Assembly (NCBI GenBank): GCA_964016885.1
Contig: OZ024742.1
Span: 144,460,001 to 144,524,000, forward strand
Source of the DNA: Eledone cirrhosa
Taxonomy: Eukaryota
Direction of reading: 5' to 3'
DNA: 64,000 nt
Position numbers and translations under genes: made by a program. Positions 36,196-51,144 of this stretch are shown piece by piece; the first letter of the stretch is position 1, and each line of letters opens with the position of its first letter. Below the pieces are notes generated by a model that did no database searches, had not been told where the DNA came from, and saw only the letters and a program-made list of their open reading frames with translations.

Positions 36196-37062
36196 TTACC
36201 TCTCTGCGTCCCGGGTATCGGGCTGCACAATTTCCATTAGGGTGGGGGATGGGTTGTTGGGTGGGGTGGTGGTTTGTGGAAGTGTGGGGGCATCAGTGTG
36301 TTGTGTGGTTGGGGAGCTTGGAGTTGTGAGGGTGTTTGGGGAGGGGGTGGGATAGTTTTTTAGGAGGACGCGGTTAATGGGCCCGACGCAGGGGGGACCC
36401 ACGTCCTCTTTAAAATTGTTTTTTAAAGTTTTATAGGTGTCCTGTGGGGCCTTAATCATTTTGAGGTGGGGGAAATCCCCTGCCTGGGTGAAGTTAGGCC
36501 CTTGTGTTTTTATTAGATTGTTGTTGTACACAATGTTTAACAGTTTTTTGTTTCTTGTATTTATGTATGTGTATGCATGTTTTTGTTTTTGTGTGGTGTT
36601 TTTTGTTTGCTGTTGTGAGCTCTTTTGTGTTGGTGTCAGTGTTATGTTTTGGGGAGGGTTTTTTTTCATTTGTGTGTCTGAGGTGTGTTTTCTTTTTTTT
36701 CTTTTGATTGTGTGGAAGTGCTCCTCCTCGTCTGACGACGAACTAGGGTCATCTTCCGCGTTGGAGGGGAGGGGTATATTTTCGGGTTGTGTTTGCGGTA
36801 CGGGTGTTTTGGAAATTGTTTTTGTTTTTTGAGTGGAGGGGATGGGTTGGACATTGTTTTGTTTTGGTTTGAGCTGTGGTGGTTGTTTTTGTAGTGGTAG
36901 TTGTGGTGATTGTGTTGGTTGTGCAGTTGTTGGTGGTGTAGGCAGGATTGGGGTTTTCTTATTAAGTTGGGGACAGACAGCCCTCAGGTGACCTCTGGTT
37001 CCGCAGAGGTAACACGAGGGCCGTCTACCCTCAACGGTAATGTTGATGAAGGTTAGATCATC
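36196..37062 (-). CDS. LINE ORF1 C-terminal part (CCHC zinc knuckle, P/T/Q-rich)
   Basis: CYLCGTRGHLRAVC. Homologous to ORF1 at 12330-13298. Confidence 0.8.
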   Translation of the reverse strand, partial: DDLTFINITVEGRRPSCYLCGTRGHLRAVCPQLNKKTPILPTPPTTAQPTQSPQLPLQKQPPQLKPKQNNVQPIPSTQKTKTISKTPVPQTQPENIPLPSNAEDDPSSSSDEEEHFHTIKRKKRKHTSDTQMKKNPPQNITLTPTQKSSQQQTKNTTQKQKHAYTYINTRNKKLLNIVYNNNLIKTQGPNFTQAGDFPHLKMIKAPQDTYKTLKNNFKEDVGPPCVGPINRVLLKNYPTPSPNTLTTPSSPTTQHTDAPTLPQTTTPPNNPSPTLMEIVQPDTRDAER

Positions 37063-37063
37063 C

Positions 37064-37096
<33 letters not shown>

Positions 37097-37654
37097 CACA
37101 TGCTTCTTTGACCGCTGATGGCAACAAGTCAGTTATAAGTTCTAGCTAAAAGTAAGTGTGGTGAGGGATCGAGGGCTACAGTGTTTGGCAATCGAATGGA
37201 GAGAGTATAGTGTATAAGGGAACGCTTTAGTCTGACCGAGCATATGACGACCTCTTTAGTACTAGTGACACGATAAAATGCACTCAGTACATCCTGTAAA
37301 TTGTTAGTGTCGATGTCTTAATAAAACGTACCTAGTCAACTGTGTAAAGTGGTTGTGCTGGTATCGCAGAAACAATGCACCCAGTATACACTCTAAAGTG
37401 GTTACGTTAGGAAGGGCATCCAGCCATAGAAACCATGCCAAATATGTAATGTATGAGCAAGATGAGGTCGCACCGATATGTCTGGTTTCGGACTGACAAT
37501 CCGTCCAACACATGCCAGTGTGGAAATTGTATGTAAAATGAGGATGGTTAGATTTTTTTGAATTTAATACCTGTATGTATAACTTCAAAAAAATCTAACC
37601 ATCCTCATTTTACATACAATTTTTTTTGAATTTAATACCTGTATGTATAACTTA

Positions 37655-37872
37655 GTGAAGGCGTGTGGCTGAGTGGTTAGAGTATTGGATTCACAATCGC
37701 GAGGTTGTGAGTTCGATTCCTGAACCAGGCGATGCGTTATGTCCTTGAGCAAGACACTTTATTTCACGTTGCTCCTTCTACCTGGAGTTGCGACCGATAG
37801 ATAGTATTAGCAATTGGAAAGACCAACGGAAACATAGTTTCCTCGGTCCGATTTGACGAAAGTCGATCGACT
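37655..37872 (+). mobile_element. tRNA-derived SINE family 2
   Basis: tggctgagtgg (A box), gagttcgattcc (B box), gtccttgagcaagacactt core. Other copies at 45116-45292 (+), about 47985-48240 (-) and about 46617-46890 (-, different tail). Confidence 0.8.
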
Positions 37873-37900
37873 AGAATATAAATGTATAACTTTTCGATAC

Positions 37901-38184
37901 CAATTTCTTGCGCCAAAGCGACTTTGATATGTATATTTGGGAGTTTGCGGTGTATTCTAATATTTTGTGCATGAGCTCCACCCCCAAAGCTGAAGTGCCC
38001 CGGCCCCCAATGTCTAAATGCGGCTCTGTATTTGATAACTTGTATCCCAGTAATAAATCCCGGAATAATATATATTTACTCATGTAAATATCTAAAGGTG
38101 TCTGTCGGATGCTGAAGTGTAGAAGTAGACTCCCACTCAGCTGCGCCATAGACTCGGTCTCGCTGCCCAGTTGTAAGATTTTTA
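37901..38184 (-). CDS. Candidate host-gene exon (open frame KILQLGSE...SLWRKKL)
   Basis: Non-repetitive sequence with acceptor tttttaaag| and donor |gtatcg. Phase is compatible with the candidate exon at 45535-45724. Confidence 0.3.
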
Positions 38185-38357
38185 CTTTAAAAACATGCTG
38201 CTACATCACAGTTTTATTTTCCCGTCATTGTAGATGTATAATCTGGTGCCTAAATAGTAAATCAATATGAAAGTAGGCATGGTTGTGTGATAAACAAGTT
38301 TACATAACAGCCGTATATTTCCGAGTTCTATACCGTATATATATATATATATATGTA

Positions 38358-38390
<33 letters not shown>

Positions 38391-38393
<3 letters not shown>

Positions 38394-38528
38394 AAAAAGT
38401 ATGACCCCGACGGCAGAGCTCAAGCCGTCGGGGTCATACTTTTTCCTATTTCCCACTCTACTACCCTAAGTATTGAGTACTCTGGTGCGTTATGGTCCAT
38501 CTGGTTCTTTACCACAATTCCTTTGTTA
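38391..38528. mobile_element. PLE family A, smallest fold-back
   Basis: aggaaaaagtatgaccccgacggc / gccgtcggggtcatactttttcct plus the family tail. In (TA)n. Confidence 0.8.
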
Positions 38529-38716
38529 TATATATATATATAAGTAACAGCCGTACTAGGAGTGGGAAATGAAATTTCCTTTCATTTTTTCCGTTTATCG
38601 TTTTCGGTGCACCCGGCCGATTAACCCACTCGATATGCAAATTGGGCTACTCAGCCGTTAATATGCATAAGGAGAGTATATACTTTCAGACGTTCAACAC
38701 TCTGGCAGGAAGGTAT

Positions 38717-38759
38717 ACGTTGCTGACGATAGCTAATAAGCTTGAAACTAGTACAGCGT
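38717..38759 (+). ncRNA. Minimal type I hammerhead ribozyme (family D; inverted copy 39910-39952, partial copy about 31193-31228)
   Basis: acgttg-CTGACGA-t-agct-aata-agct-t-GAAA-c-ta-g-TA-cagcgt. Stem I covaries (acgatg/catcgt) in the second copy. Confidence 0.8.
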
Positions 38760-39128
38760 TCCTTTGTCAGTGTTGAACAAACGAGCAACGATGGTTGCTG
38801 GACACTACGGCTTAATACGGGATGTTTGTTTACAAACACACCGAGCATTGTAATAAATGTTTAGTGAATCCATACGTGCATATATATATGTGTGCATGTA
38901 TGTATATATATATACATACTACTGTATGTCTGTATACATATATGTATGTACGTGTATGTACTTATATTTAAGTAACAGCCGTACTAAGAGTGGGAAATGA
39001 AATTTCGTTTCATTTTTTCCGTTTATATATATATATATATATATATATATTTGGATGTGTGATAAACAAGTTTACATCACAGCCACGTACTTCCCAGTGA
39101 GTTCTATACCCCCCCCCCCAAATATATA

Positions 39129-39685
<557 letters not shown>

Positions 39686-41299
39686 GTAAGTATGTATGTA
39701 TGCATACGTACATACATATATGTATACGGACATACAGTAGTATGTATATATATACATACATGCACACATATATATATATGCACGTATCGGTTTACCGAAC
39801 ATTTATTATAATGCTCGGGTTGTTTGTTTGTAAACAAACAAACAACCCGAATTACGCCGTACAGTGTTTAGGCAACCACGTCACATTTTTGTTCAACACT
39901 GACACAGGAACGATGTACTAGTTTCAAGCTTATTAGCTATCGTCAGCATCGTATACCTTCCTGCCAGATGGTTGAACGTCTGAAAGTATATACTTTCCTT
40001 ATGCATATTAACGGCTGAGCAGCCTAATTTGCATATCGAGTGAGTTCGGGCTGTTTGTTTGTTTACCGAGCATTATAATAAATGGGTGGAATGGATGCGA
40101 CATATATTATACGAGAATAGTACATTAATTTAAATTAAGATTAAAATTAAAATTAAAAATTAAAAATTAAAAATTAAAATTAAAAGCATACGGTGGAATA
40201 CATGCGACAGATAATACAAGAGATTACTCTAATAATTAAAGAGATAGTACATGCGTTAATCATATATAAAGGAATGGAACAAGCAAATATATCATGTATA
40301 TATGAGTACTGTATGGCAAGATATTACATGAAATACAAATAAGCGAATATGTTAATGTATTATGGTGGGTGCAATGCGATGATATTTTCTGTATAGTTCA
40401 AATTTGTATGTGTGTAGAATATGAAAGTTACAGATTTCACATCCATTACATATGTTAAGTTATATCTGTATTGAATGTTTGTTATAGTAATGGATTGTAA
40501 CTTGGTGTTATTTTATCCATATTTATGGATTAGAGTTGTTCTACTGCGAGAATTTTCAACGGTTTAATATCCGGAAGTAGATATGGAATTAAGGGGAACT
40601 AATGCGTAAGGGGAGGTAACTAGCTCATTATAATAATTAAATTCCTTGCTCTAATAGACATTATATAGTGCCTCAATTGAATCCCTTATATAAAAAAGTT
40701 ATGTATTTATATTTAATTTTAAATACAGTCTATTCTCTCATAATATATTAAAGGTTTCAATAGATTGTTGTCTACCCAATATTATATAGTGCCACAATTG
40801 AATCCCTTATACAAAATGTTATATATTTATATTTAATTTCAAATAAATCTACTCTCTCATAATATATTAAAGGTTTCATTAGATTGTTGTCTACCCAATA
40901 TTTGGTAAGATATGGAATAACGTATAGCTGTTTGCATGATAAATTAGATACATCCCTTGAGTAAATAAATTAATCCCTTATATACAATGTTATTAATGTA
41001 TACATTTAATTATAAATGTATATATATAATTCATTGTTCCATATTACATTTAAGTTAGATAAATTCTTTATGTTAATAAATTAATCCTTTATATACAATG
41101 TTATTAATTTATACATTTAATTATAAATTATATTACTGCTCTGTAAAACAACTGATGTTCTTACATTGAGCTATTTCTCTTACTGGTAATAAGGTAGTAA
41201 TAAATTACTCACCTTCCCTGTTTATAGTTGTTTATAGTTTAGTATATACATAACAATAAATAGTATCTTTAATATTATATATATATATATATGTGTGTT

Positions 41300-42068
41300 T
41301 TTGGCTTAGGTGGTTAATGCCTTCTTGACCACTTTTTCAGTTTGTATGGCGTTTTAACATATTGTTTAGCTCTGGGTTTTTAACTATGGAGCGCTTGCCA
41401 GCAAAACTCCGATTTTGCGGTTCGTTTCGCTTTTTCTAAGCGCCGAAATGCGATTCTCGCTGAATTTATATTTGTATTAATCTCCCGAGTATTACAATTA
41501 ACCTGTTAATAATTCTATTGACAGATTAATTGCATAAATTTATTTTAAAAACTACCCGGTTGAGTGCTTATTGTATTTGTGCTATTTATGCAATTTTTTG
41601 CATGATATACACATACTGAATTCATTTGCCAAAATCTGGGGTTTTTCACCTTGTGAGTTACACATGTGCTTTTACAAAGCCCTACGTCATTGACAAAGTT
41701 GGTACAGAGCAAAATACCTGTTGATAACGTGATATTCCTTGTTCTATCATTATACCAAAAGCTTATATTTTTAAGCAGACAGTATTATTGATTTAGGTGT
41801 CATAGAAACCCTGCATTTGGATTTTACCATCAATTCCAATGGGTCCAGGTCTGTTTTTATCATTTATTTTGTTTGACCTGTTTAGATTGATTTGTTTTGG
41901 GCTTAGGTGGTTAATGCCTTCTTGAGCACTTTTTCAGTTTGTATGGCGTTTTAACATATTGTTTAGCTCTGGTTTTTTAACTATGGAGCGCTTGCCAGCA
42001 TAACTCTAATTTTGCGGTTCGTTTCGCTTCTTCTACCCGCCGAAATGCGATTCTCGCTGAATTTATAT
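41300..42068. repeat. Direct repeats of about 170 bp, about 597 bp apart
   Basis: ggcttaggtggttaatgccttcttg...gcgattctcgctgaatttata occurs at about 41303-41470 and 41900-42067. Confidence 0.85.
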
Positions 42069-42084
42069 ATATATATATAAACAT

Positions 42085-43352
42085 ATGCCCAAGAGGAAGG
42101 AGCAGCCATTGGTGTTAGCATTGCAGGCGACATAGCTAACTTATTCATGGTATGGTGGGACAGTAGACTTAAACTTAAACTTAAAGAACAATTAGAAGAC
42201 CCCTTAACCCTGATAATGTACTCCCGCTACGTTGATGATATAAACATCGTAGTTAAAACACCGCCACTAGAGAACAGTCAGGAATTAGAGAAAAACACAA
42301 TGGAAAGCATCCAGCAAATAGCTAACTCCATCCACCAGAGTATTAGAGTTACTATAGACTACCCAAGTAAACACCCCAACCATCGATTACCTGTACTAGA
42401 CACAGAGCTCTGGTTAGATACCATTAATAACAAAAAACAAATCCTCCATTCCCATTATGCCAAACCCATGACTTCCAAATATCTGATCCACCGAAACTCA
42501 GCTGTTTCGGACCATACCAAAATCAACATACTGATTGCGGATTTGGTACGGGTGATGAGAAACGTGTCCCGCATGTGCAACCCCGAAGAACTAGAGAGAC
42601 ACATACAACACTTCATCCACCGTATGCAGTTCTCTGGTTACAATCAGAGAGATAAAATCAGAGTGTATAGAGGAGCCAGAACCAAATGGGAAAAAATGGT
42701 ACATAATGACACAAATGGGACCTGCCCCTTGTATAGGAGCACATTTTGGAATAGAATAGAAAGAACTAGGAATAAGGCTAATAGAATAAACTCATGGTAT
42801 GATAGCAATAAATATCAGAGTGTAATGTTCATCGATACAACCCCTAGCGGTGAATTAGCTTACAAATTTAGAAGGGCCATAGACAAACATAAACTCAATA
42901 TTAAGATAGTAGAAAGACCAGGTACCTCCGTAAAAACACTTATTAGCAAGACATACCCTTTTCAAAGACCCCCCTGTATAGATAAGAAATGTATAACCTG
43001 TAAATTAAGCCCACATATTAACTGTAAAACTAGAAATGTAGTATATAGCATAAGATGTACTGAAGGACAATGTAGAGACAAAAATATAGTGTACATAGGT
43101 GAGACAGCTCGTAGTGTAGGGGAACGGATAAATGAACACTGGCGAGACCTTCAAGATAGTAAAGAATCATCTGTACTCTACCAACATGCTAAAATAGAAC
43201 ATAAGGGTAAATTAGAGAACATAGAAATAAAAATAGAATCTACACACAGAAAAGACGCAATGTTTAGACAAATCAGAGGCAATAAACATAAATTACAACC
43301 AAAATTAAATAGAAAATATGAGTGGAACAGCAACATCACAACTTACAATTAA
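42085..43352 (+). CDS. Penelope-like RT (C-terminal part) + GIY-YIG endonuclease, 5'-truncated
   Basis: YAQEEGAAIG..ANLFM, YSRYVDD, LPVLD, C-x4-C-x2-C linker, NVVYSIRC...YIGETARSVGERINEH. Confidence 0.9.
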
Positions 43353-43553
43353 GGACAAAATGAAAACACACACACACATAGAACAAACAACCAACCTGTA
43401 ACATGTAAATAAACAAATAAATAAACGAATATAAACACACACAGACACCCGGATGTGGCGCATGCGCAGACTGAGCACACAACACACACACAGAAACAAA
43501 ATGGCGTAGGACAGAACAAAGGAGAGGCACAAAAACAAAGAAAAGAATCCCCA

Positions 43554-43596
43554 GTCACTGAAGAGGTCACAGAATGTGTGACGAAAGAACTTTGAC
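43554..43596 (+). ncRNA. Minimal hammerhead in the pLTR of the PLE at 42085-43806 (family C)
   Basis: gtca-CTGAAGA-g-gtcaca-gaatg-tgtgac-GAAA-g-aa-c-TT-tgac. A degenerate relative lies at 56813-56866 (-). Confidence 0.7.
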
Positions 43597-43808
43597 AATA
43601 TATAAACAACCATCTGAATATGGAACCAACCAACCAACCGGAAATTTATAAATTCCTAAATTTATAAATTTATTATAATAAATTGAAGTGAAAGCAACTG
43701 GTGCGTGTGTTTCTTATTGGCAACATGACTCTCCCAAAGTATAACAATATCGGTTTCAACACACGTTTTCAGATAAAGAATCTTGCTAAACAAATTCAGA
43801 AACGAAAT

Positions 43809-43938
<130 letters not shown>

Positions 43939-44318
43939 CATATATGTATGTATGTATCAATGATGCCCGACTGAATATGCACGTGTTTTTTTTTCTCCCC
44001 CGTTCTTTCCATATTTTCCCCCACACCTTCCTCTTATCAATCTTTACTTTCTATTTATCTTCTATTTTTCTATTTCTAACTCTATCTTCTGATGACGGCC
44101 TAGTGTCTGAAACTTTGACTCTCTTCCTGCTATTTCAAGCGTTAAACTAATATATTTTGTCCATGCACTGTGTCGTTTGTTTTTGTTATTTCTATTTATC
44201 TTTTACACACACACACATACACACATGTATATATATATACACACAAATATATATATATGAGCAAGTGTCGTTTCCTGTAAGCTCTCATTGCCCAATATTT
44301 TGCAAATGTTCAGAAGCC

Positions 44319-44428
<110 letters not shown>

Positions 44429-44756
44429 GAGAATAACGATTTAAGATATCCACATAAATCACATTATTTACGAAAAAATATAGCAGTCTAAAAGCTTTTA
44501 TATATACTAAATGTTTTTAAACAAAATAACATATAACCAACCAGTTTACACGCGTATCGGGTTTTTAAAGGTTTGGTTTTGAAAAATATAAGCGGTATCG
44601 CTTTTGCATTTATAACATCAAGGGAGCTAATAATGGTCCCTGAATTTTTGTAAAGTTTTGCAAAAACATTTAATAAAGAAAAGAAATGCAACCGTTGCAT
44701 TGTGTTATTTTGTTTTAAAACATTTAGTATATATAAAAGCTTTTAGTGCACTTTTG

Positions 44757-45112
<356 letters not shown>

Positions 45113-45534
45113 CAAATGTGAGGTTGTGAGTTCGATTCCTGGACCAGGCGATGCGTTATGTCCTTGAGCAAGACACTTTATATCACGTTGCTCCTTCTAC
45201 CTGGAGTTGCGACCGATAGATAGCATTAGCAATTGGAAAGACCAACGGAAACATTGTTTCCTCGATCCGATGTGACGAAAGTCGATCGATCCTAAAAAAT
45301 ATATATATAATGTATGTATGTATATATATATATATATGTATGTATGTATATATATACACTCACATGCACACATACATACACACACAAACATACACTTACA
45401 TACATTGAAATCACGACTCTTTAGTTTCATCTTTTTCTAAACTTGCAACTGAGATTGAATGGGAGCTACCCCAGTAGACCTCTCTGCAACTAAGCAGTTC
45501 TATACTGTATATGGACCGCGCTGCTTATCTTAAC

Positions 45535-45724
45535 CGAGGGAAAACATAGAAAAGTTAGTCTGAAAATTATCCACAGCCCAGTTCCCTGAGCAGGTAGCCG
45601 CACCTGTCAGGATATTCCAAATAGCGGTCGCAAAAACAAAACTAACATACTTCTCAGGCATGTCATATGGAATTATATAGAGACAGCTTGACTCCAGTTT
45701 TGAACGGACGGTTTTCATAGCCAG
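45535..45724 (-). CDS. Candidate host-gene exon (LAMKTVRSKLES...FSMFSL)
   Basis: Acceptor cattgtag|, donor |gttaag, open frame, phase 0 to 1. Confidence 0.3.
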
Positions 45725-48700
45725 CTACAATGTTGATATAGCCTCATACATTAAGATCAGCCTACTTGGAGAGGGTTCTCTTACCAAGGTGGGTGAAGGA
45801 TATACTTTCTCAGTAAATTAGCAGATTCATTAGAACGTCTGATATTCGTTCCGAGTTCAAAGCCCACCAAGGTCACCTTTGCTTTTTATCCTTTCGAGGT
45901 CGATAAAAATGTACCAATCTATTACTGAGATCTTTTCTTCCTCTATATCTCTTTCTAATTTCATCTCTCTCACTCTGTCTTATTCTCTGGAAGAAATTGG
46001 GTTTGTTCAGACCTGAAAGTGGAAGGGTTCCTCCATTTTTAAAATGCCCAAGAAACGTCATATATCAACACGGCGTTCCTACGATACCAACAGGAATTAC
46101 GGGTTCATATATACATGCATGCATATTTACATACATACATACATACATGGTGGCTGCCAACTCGTTTTCGAGTACGGCCACTACTTTATATCCATGTAGG
46201 AGAACTCCTACCGATGCGCTGAACGAGTGTGACTTTTTAGTCCAGCCAGCGACTTGATAACTCTGGTACCAACACTACACTTGTGACAATTATTGACACA
46301 TAGTGCTGGGCCCATGTGACGACAAGTGCAGAGAGATCTCCAGATATAAAGCAATGCCTGTGCCATGAAGCTTTTATAGTGAGCAAAGGCACTGCACAAA
46401 GCCAGTCCCACTCTCTTAACCAAGATGATATTTACCAAAAAGAAGAACAAGTCAACATCATTGGATACCATCAGGGTTGCAGGTGTTATATCAGAGTTTT
46501 CCTTCTCCTAGAATTCTGCCTTGACAAAGGCTAAGGGGTCATCTCTCCCGTACATACATACATACATACATACATACATACATACATACATACATCTAAA
46601 AGTCTAAAGTCTGTCTTAAGCCAGAAGGCTCATTTGGCTGGTGCTTATCCCGGTTCCATGGCGTGAAGCGACTGAGAGCACAAGACCTCCCCCCTGGACA
46701 GGACGCCAGTCCATCGCAGGGTTAAATCCCCAGCTATTGCTGGTACTCATTTCCAGCTGAGTATACTGGAGTAACGTAAAATGGAGTGTTTTTCTCAAGA
46801 ATACAACACACAACGCAGCCCAGGAATCGAACCCACGACATTATGAGCGTAAGTCCAACACCCTTACCAGTAGGCCTCGTGCCTCCACTCATATATACAA
46901 ACATACAGACCTTCTACCGGAAGGTCTGTATGTTTGTTGTGAGAAACTGTTTGCTGGGTTTATATCAATGAGCGCCTAATGTAATTCCGTATTTTCATTA
47001 CAAAAGCCGCTATGTCACATGCCAATGAACCAACTCTGCCATCTGATAACCAGAACAAATTCCGCCTCTATCAGAGACTAGATCAGGCTCTAACTAAAAT
47101 ACCACAAGAGGATAAACCATCGTAATGGATAAATATAATTCAAGAGTAAATAGAAACGAAAAAAGAAAAGAAAACGCGACAAATTACCGGGAACCATGGT
47201 TTCCAGAAAGCTAACAGCAATGGTATCAGTCTTATTTCTGTGTGTGCAGGAAATGATTTCACCATCTTCCAGCAGAAGAATAAGTGTAATACCTCATAGA
47301 TGCATCCTAGATCGAAACGCTGACATCTTATTGATTATATCATAGTCTGGCTGATAGATGTCAATGATGTTATGCTCACCTGTGTAATGAGGGGAGCTAA
47401 ATGTCAGACCATCGCATAATATTAACAAATGTCGGGAAAGCACAACCAACTAGACGTGGATTTATCTCTCACCTGCTTCAAATGGAGCCATGAAAGACAT
47501 TGTTTTGATTAATCAATAGGTAGTGCTTATAACCCTTTCCATGGGGCTCCAGGATTAATGGAATGAAGATATCTTGCTGGTCAGAATGCTCGCAAAAGAG
47601 TTGAATCCGGTAAGGGTATCCAAGGGCCAAGTGGTAGTGTTAAATCTACCCCCCCCCCCCCCACGTAGGTCACGGTGGGATTTGCCCTCAGAACGAAAAC
47701 AACCGAAACAAACATTTCAAGCCATCAGAACCGACGTTCCTATGACTTTGCTACTCCACCGCACTTGACCAGCGTTTTATTTATCAATCCATGGAGAATG
47801 AAAGGTAAAGTTGACCTTGGAGTAATTTAAACTCAGAATGCAAGGAGCTGGAATAAATACCGGAAGGTATTTTGTCCTGCGGTTTAACACATCTGTCAAT
47901 CCACTGCCTTGTGAAACAAATTGTTGTAGTAAAATTTGTCAATGCAGACCATCGCTAGTTTTCTGGGATTCTACTGTTTTAGATCGAATCGATCGACGGG
48001 ATCCCAGGCCACATTCGCTTACCAAGTGGATGGAACTCATCAAATAGGACCAAGTAAACAGTATTTCCATTGGTTTTTCCATTGCTAATACTATCTACAG
48101 GTCGGAACTCCTAGCAGAAAGAGCATCGTAAAATAAAGTGTCTTACGCAAGGATATAACGCATCTCCCGGTCAGGGAATAGAACTAGCAACCTTCCGATT
48201 GCGAATCTAATTCTCTGGCCACTAGGACACACACCTTCACTGTTTTACTATAATTTTAAATAGCCAGTTTTTTCCATTACACGGGAAACTGAAAACCACA
48301 TTATTTGGACCTAAAGTCATGTTTTTAGAATAATAGCCAGTGGTATGAGGGGAGATTTGAATATTATTTCTAGCAGGTCAAGTGACCATGTAGAGGTAGC
48401 CACATTGGGTCCCTGTTGCTACTATCGTTGTTATAGGCGATTTTTTTTAGCCCCAAAGACAGTCCTGATTGAGTAGATCTGTATAACCACTGGTTTCCTC
48501 AGTCTGGTGAGATTTTCCCTTTATTTACACTACTCGACTGGTTAGCATATTCACTCTCCAGAGTCTATTTAACAGAAATGCAGCAAACAAAACATTCTGA
48601 TTAATTATTTAACGCTGACTCACACCATAGTTTTTGTCCTGTTCTATTATTCTTTTTTAACAAATTTTTTCCCAATCATCCATTTCGGCACTTTCTATGA

Positions 48701-48898
48701 ATTGAGGAAATTACTATTGTTCTCAAAGCACCGGTCTGTAAACACAAACATAAAGACCCCCCCCCACACACACACACATACAGACCCCCCACACAGACAC
48801 CCCCATATATATATATATACACACACACTATACACTCATATGCATGCGCACACAACATCACCATAAATACATACATATATATATATATATACATACAT

Positions 48899-48989
<91 letters not shown>

Positions 48990-49449
48990 CAAATACTCGC
49001 AAACACATAGATTATCTACACATATACACGCACATGCGCAGACGTGTAAACACAAATACATTCATGTCTTTGGTGACGATATTTAAGTAGGAATGATAAA
49101 CGAAGGAGACCCCCTCCCCACGCCTCACTATAAAAACCTAAAAGAGTGAGAGGAAACCTTTTAGTGAATGATTAACGATTACAAGTAATATTTACATGAA
49201 CAACAATGATAAAAGAATGAGTCAGCTTTAGCACTAATCAGCTGAAGATGGCCAAGTATTAAAATTTCAATTTGATAAATAAACCAGCCACACTTTTCCT
49301 GAACTCATCTTTTATGTAAAATGTATTACCGTTATGTTTAATATTTCTTTGTTATAATGAAATTAATATACCGTATTTCGGGGCTTATAAGATACTCCAC
49401 TTTATAAGACGCACTTCAATTTCTGGTTATCTGGTTCCTGCAGTATCAC

Positions 49450-49830
49450 CGGGGGGGGGGGGGGGGTATTGCCTGTCCTAAGTTAGGTTGAGAAAGGAAA
49501 AGAGTTGGGTGTAGGGCCCGTACCCTTACCCTGTAAAATGACTCACTCACTGGATATACTACAATGAATTTTTCAAATCAAAACTGGCATAGGATCAAGG
49601 GACCAATTCAATATAGATTGACGGTGACGGGCCTGAATCAGAGCTGAAGGGAGATCCGGATCTTGATTAAATATGTTTTCCATGTCAAACAGCATCACAT
49701 GGAATGTCCACACTCTTAAAGAAATGATCAGATACAATCTAGATATACGAGGGTTTGCCGAAATGAGGTGGACTGTGAGTGGCTCATTTAACCATTAAGG
49801 AGTAACCATCTAGTAATCAGGTCATACATA
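49450..49830 (+). pseudogene. RTE-like LINE 5' end / APE remnant
   Basis: WNVHTL..EMIRYNLDI.G.AEMRWT.SG resembles an APE N-terminus. Confidence 0.5.
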
Positions 49831-50359
49831 TAACCTCAATTTAGAAGGTAATAAAATAAAAAGAAAGAATTGCGAATGTCTATTACTAACTAATATTAAC
49901 TCAACTGAAATTTCCTCCAGTTTAAAATCCTCGTTAATCGTGAAAAATTATCCCAAACCAGGATGTAATTTTGAATACAGAAATATGGTTAGATTTGATT
50001 TACAGGTAGGTTAAAACATATGACAGACTTAATATTCACTTGCTGAACATCTTATTTTATCTAGAAATGTTCAATCCAAACTTATAACTTCCGTCACTCA
50101 TCTTCAACTTTTAAGCCGTTTTTTTTTTATTTTTTAGACATTTTATAGTGGAATATATACATCTAATAAGCTGCGAAATATGGTAAGTAACTCTCTATAT
50201 GTAACTGACACACTGCAAACCCTTTCTCCTACCACCATCTATCACCAACTCTATTAGTGACTCATATTTGGTATTTGGAATCAGCATCACAAATATCTCA
50301 ATAAATTGGTCTCATCTACTGGAAAGCAGAATCTTGTTCTTGTTGGTTAATATTATTTC

Positions 50360-50740
50360 TGTGGATTGGTAGTATCGGTAGAGGGTCGGACGCCATGCTT
50401 TGAAGCATAGAGTTACCACCCTGTATGATCTGAGTTCAAATCCCACCGAGGTTAACTTTGTCTTTCATCCTTACAGGGTCGATAAAATAAAGTACCAGTA
50501 ATGTACTGGGTAATTGCTGGCCTTGTGCCTAAAATAGAAACAATTATTTCTGTGGATTGGTAGTATCGGTAGAGAGTCGGACGCCATGCTTTGAAGCATA
50601 GAGTTACCTCCCTGTATGATCTGAGTTCAAATCCCGCCAAGGTTAACTTTGTCTTTCATCCTTACGAGGTCGATAAAATAAAGTACCAGTAATGCACTGG
50701 GTAATTGCTGGCCTTGTGCCAAAAGTAGAAACAATTATTT
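50360..50740 (+). mobile_element. Head-to-tail dimer of SINE family 1
   Basis: Two near-identical units of about 190 bp. Another copy lies at 56896-57072. Confidence 0.85.
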
Positions 50741-51110
50741 CTGTACACAGACAAACAGAACGATAACACCCCCCCCCCCCCACACACACAAATACACACA
50801 CACACATACATACACATACATGGTCGATTTAGACGAATCATTTGAACTTTGCATATTTGTTCGAGGTTTCTGCACTCTGAGTTCAAATTCCACCAATATC
50901 TACTTTGTCTTTCCTCCTTTCGGTGTCCATTAGAAAGTACCAGCCTAGTTATGGGCCACCTACTCTCCTTTCAGCGGGATTTTCCGTTGGATCAAGAGAG
51001 AGAGGGGGGCCGTTGAGAGTCTGCTTGCTATTGCATGAGCACCAAAAACTTAGTGAATGCATTCTACACACTAATAAGTCGTACTCAGTTGTGAATAAAG
51101 GCTCTAGTTT

Positions 51111-51142
<32 letters not shown>

Positions 51143-51144
<2 letters not shown>

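Larger units (their letters stand above)
32470..37062 (-). mobile_element. Young L1/Tx1-clade LINE flanked by (GATA)n, 5'-truncated in ORF1
   Basis: Partial ORF1 plus intact ORF2. 3' end gcaaataaagaaatat-(atct)n. (gata)n at both 32426-32468 and 37064-37096. Confidence 0.92.

Noticed and set aside
33051-36355. Plus-strand ORFs antisense to the LINE ORF2
   Set aside because: They are shadows of GC-rich coding sequence with no recognisable motifs.
37655-37730. tRNA-like sequence
   Set aside because: It has A and B boxes but continues into a multi-copy SINE body. It is not a tRNA gene.
44487-44748. Short inverted repeat with a possible hammerhead remnant
   Set aside because: The inverted repeat (about 45 bp) is real, but the core is too degenerate to call.
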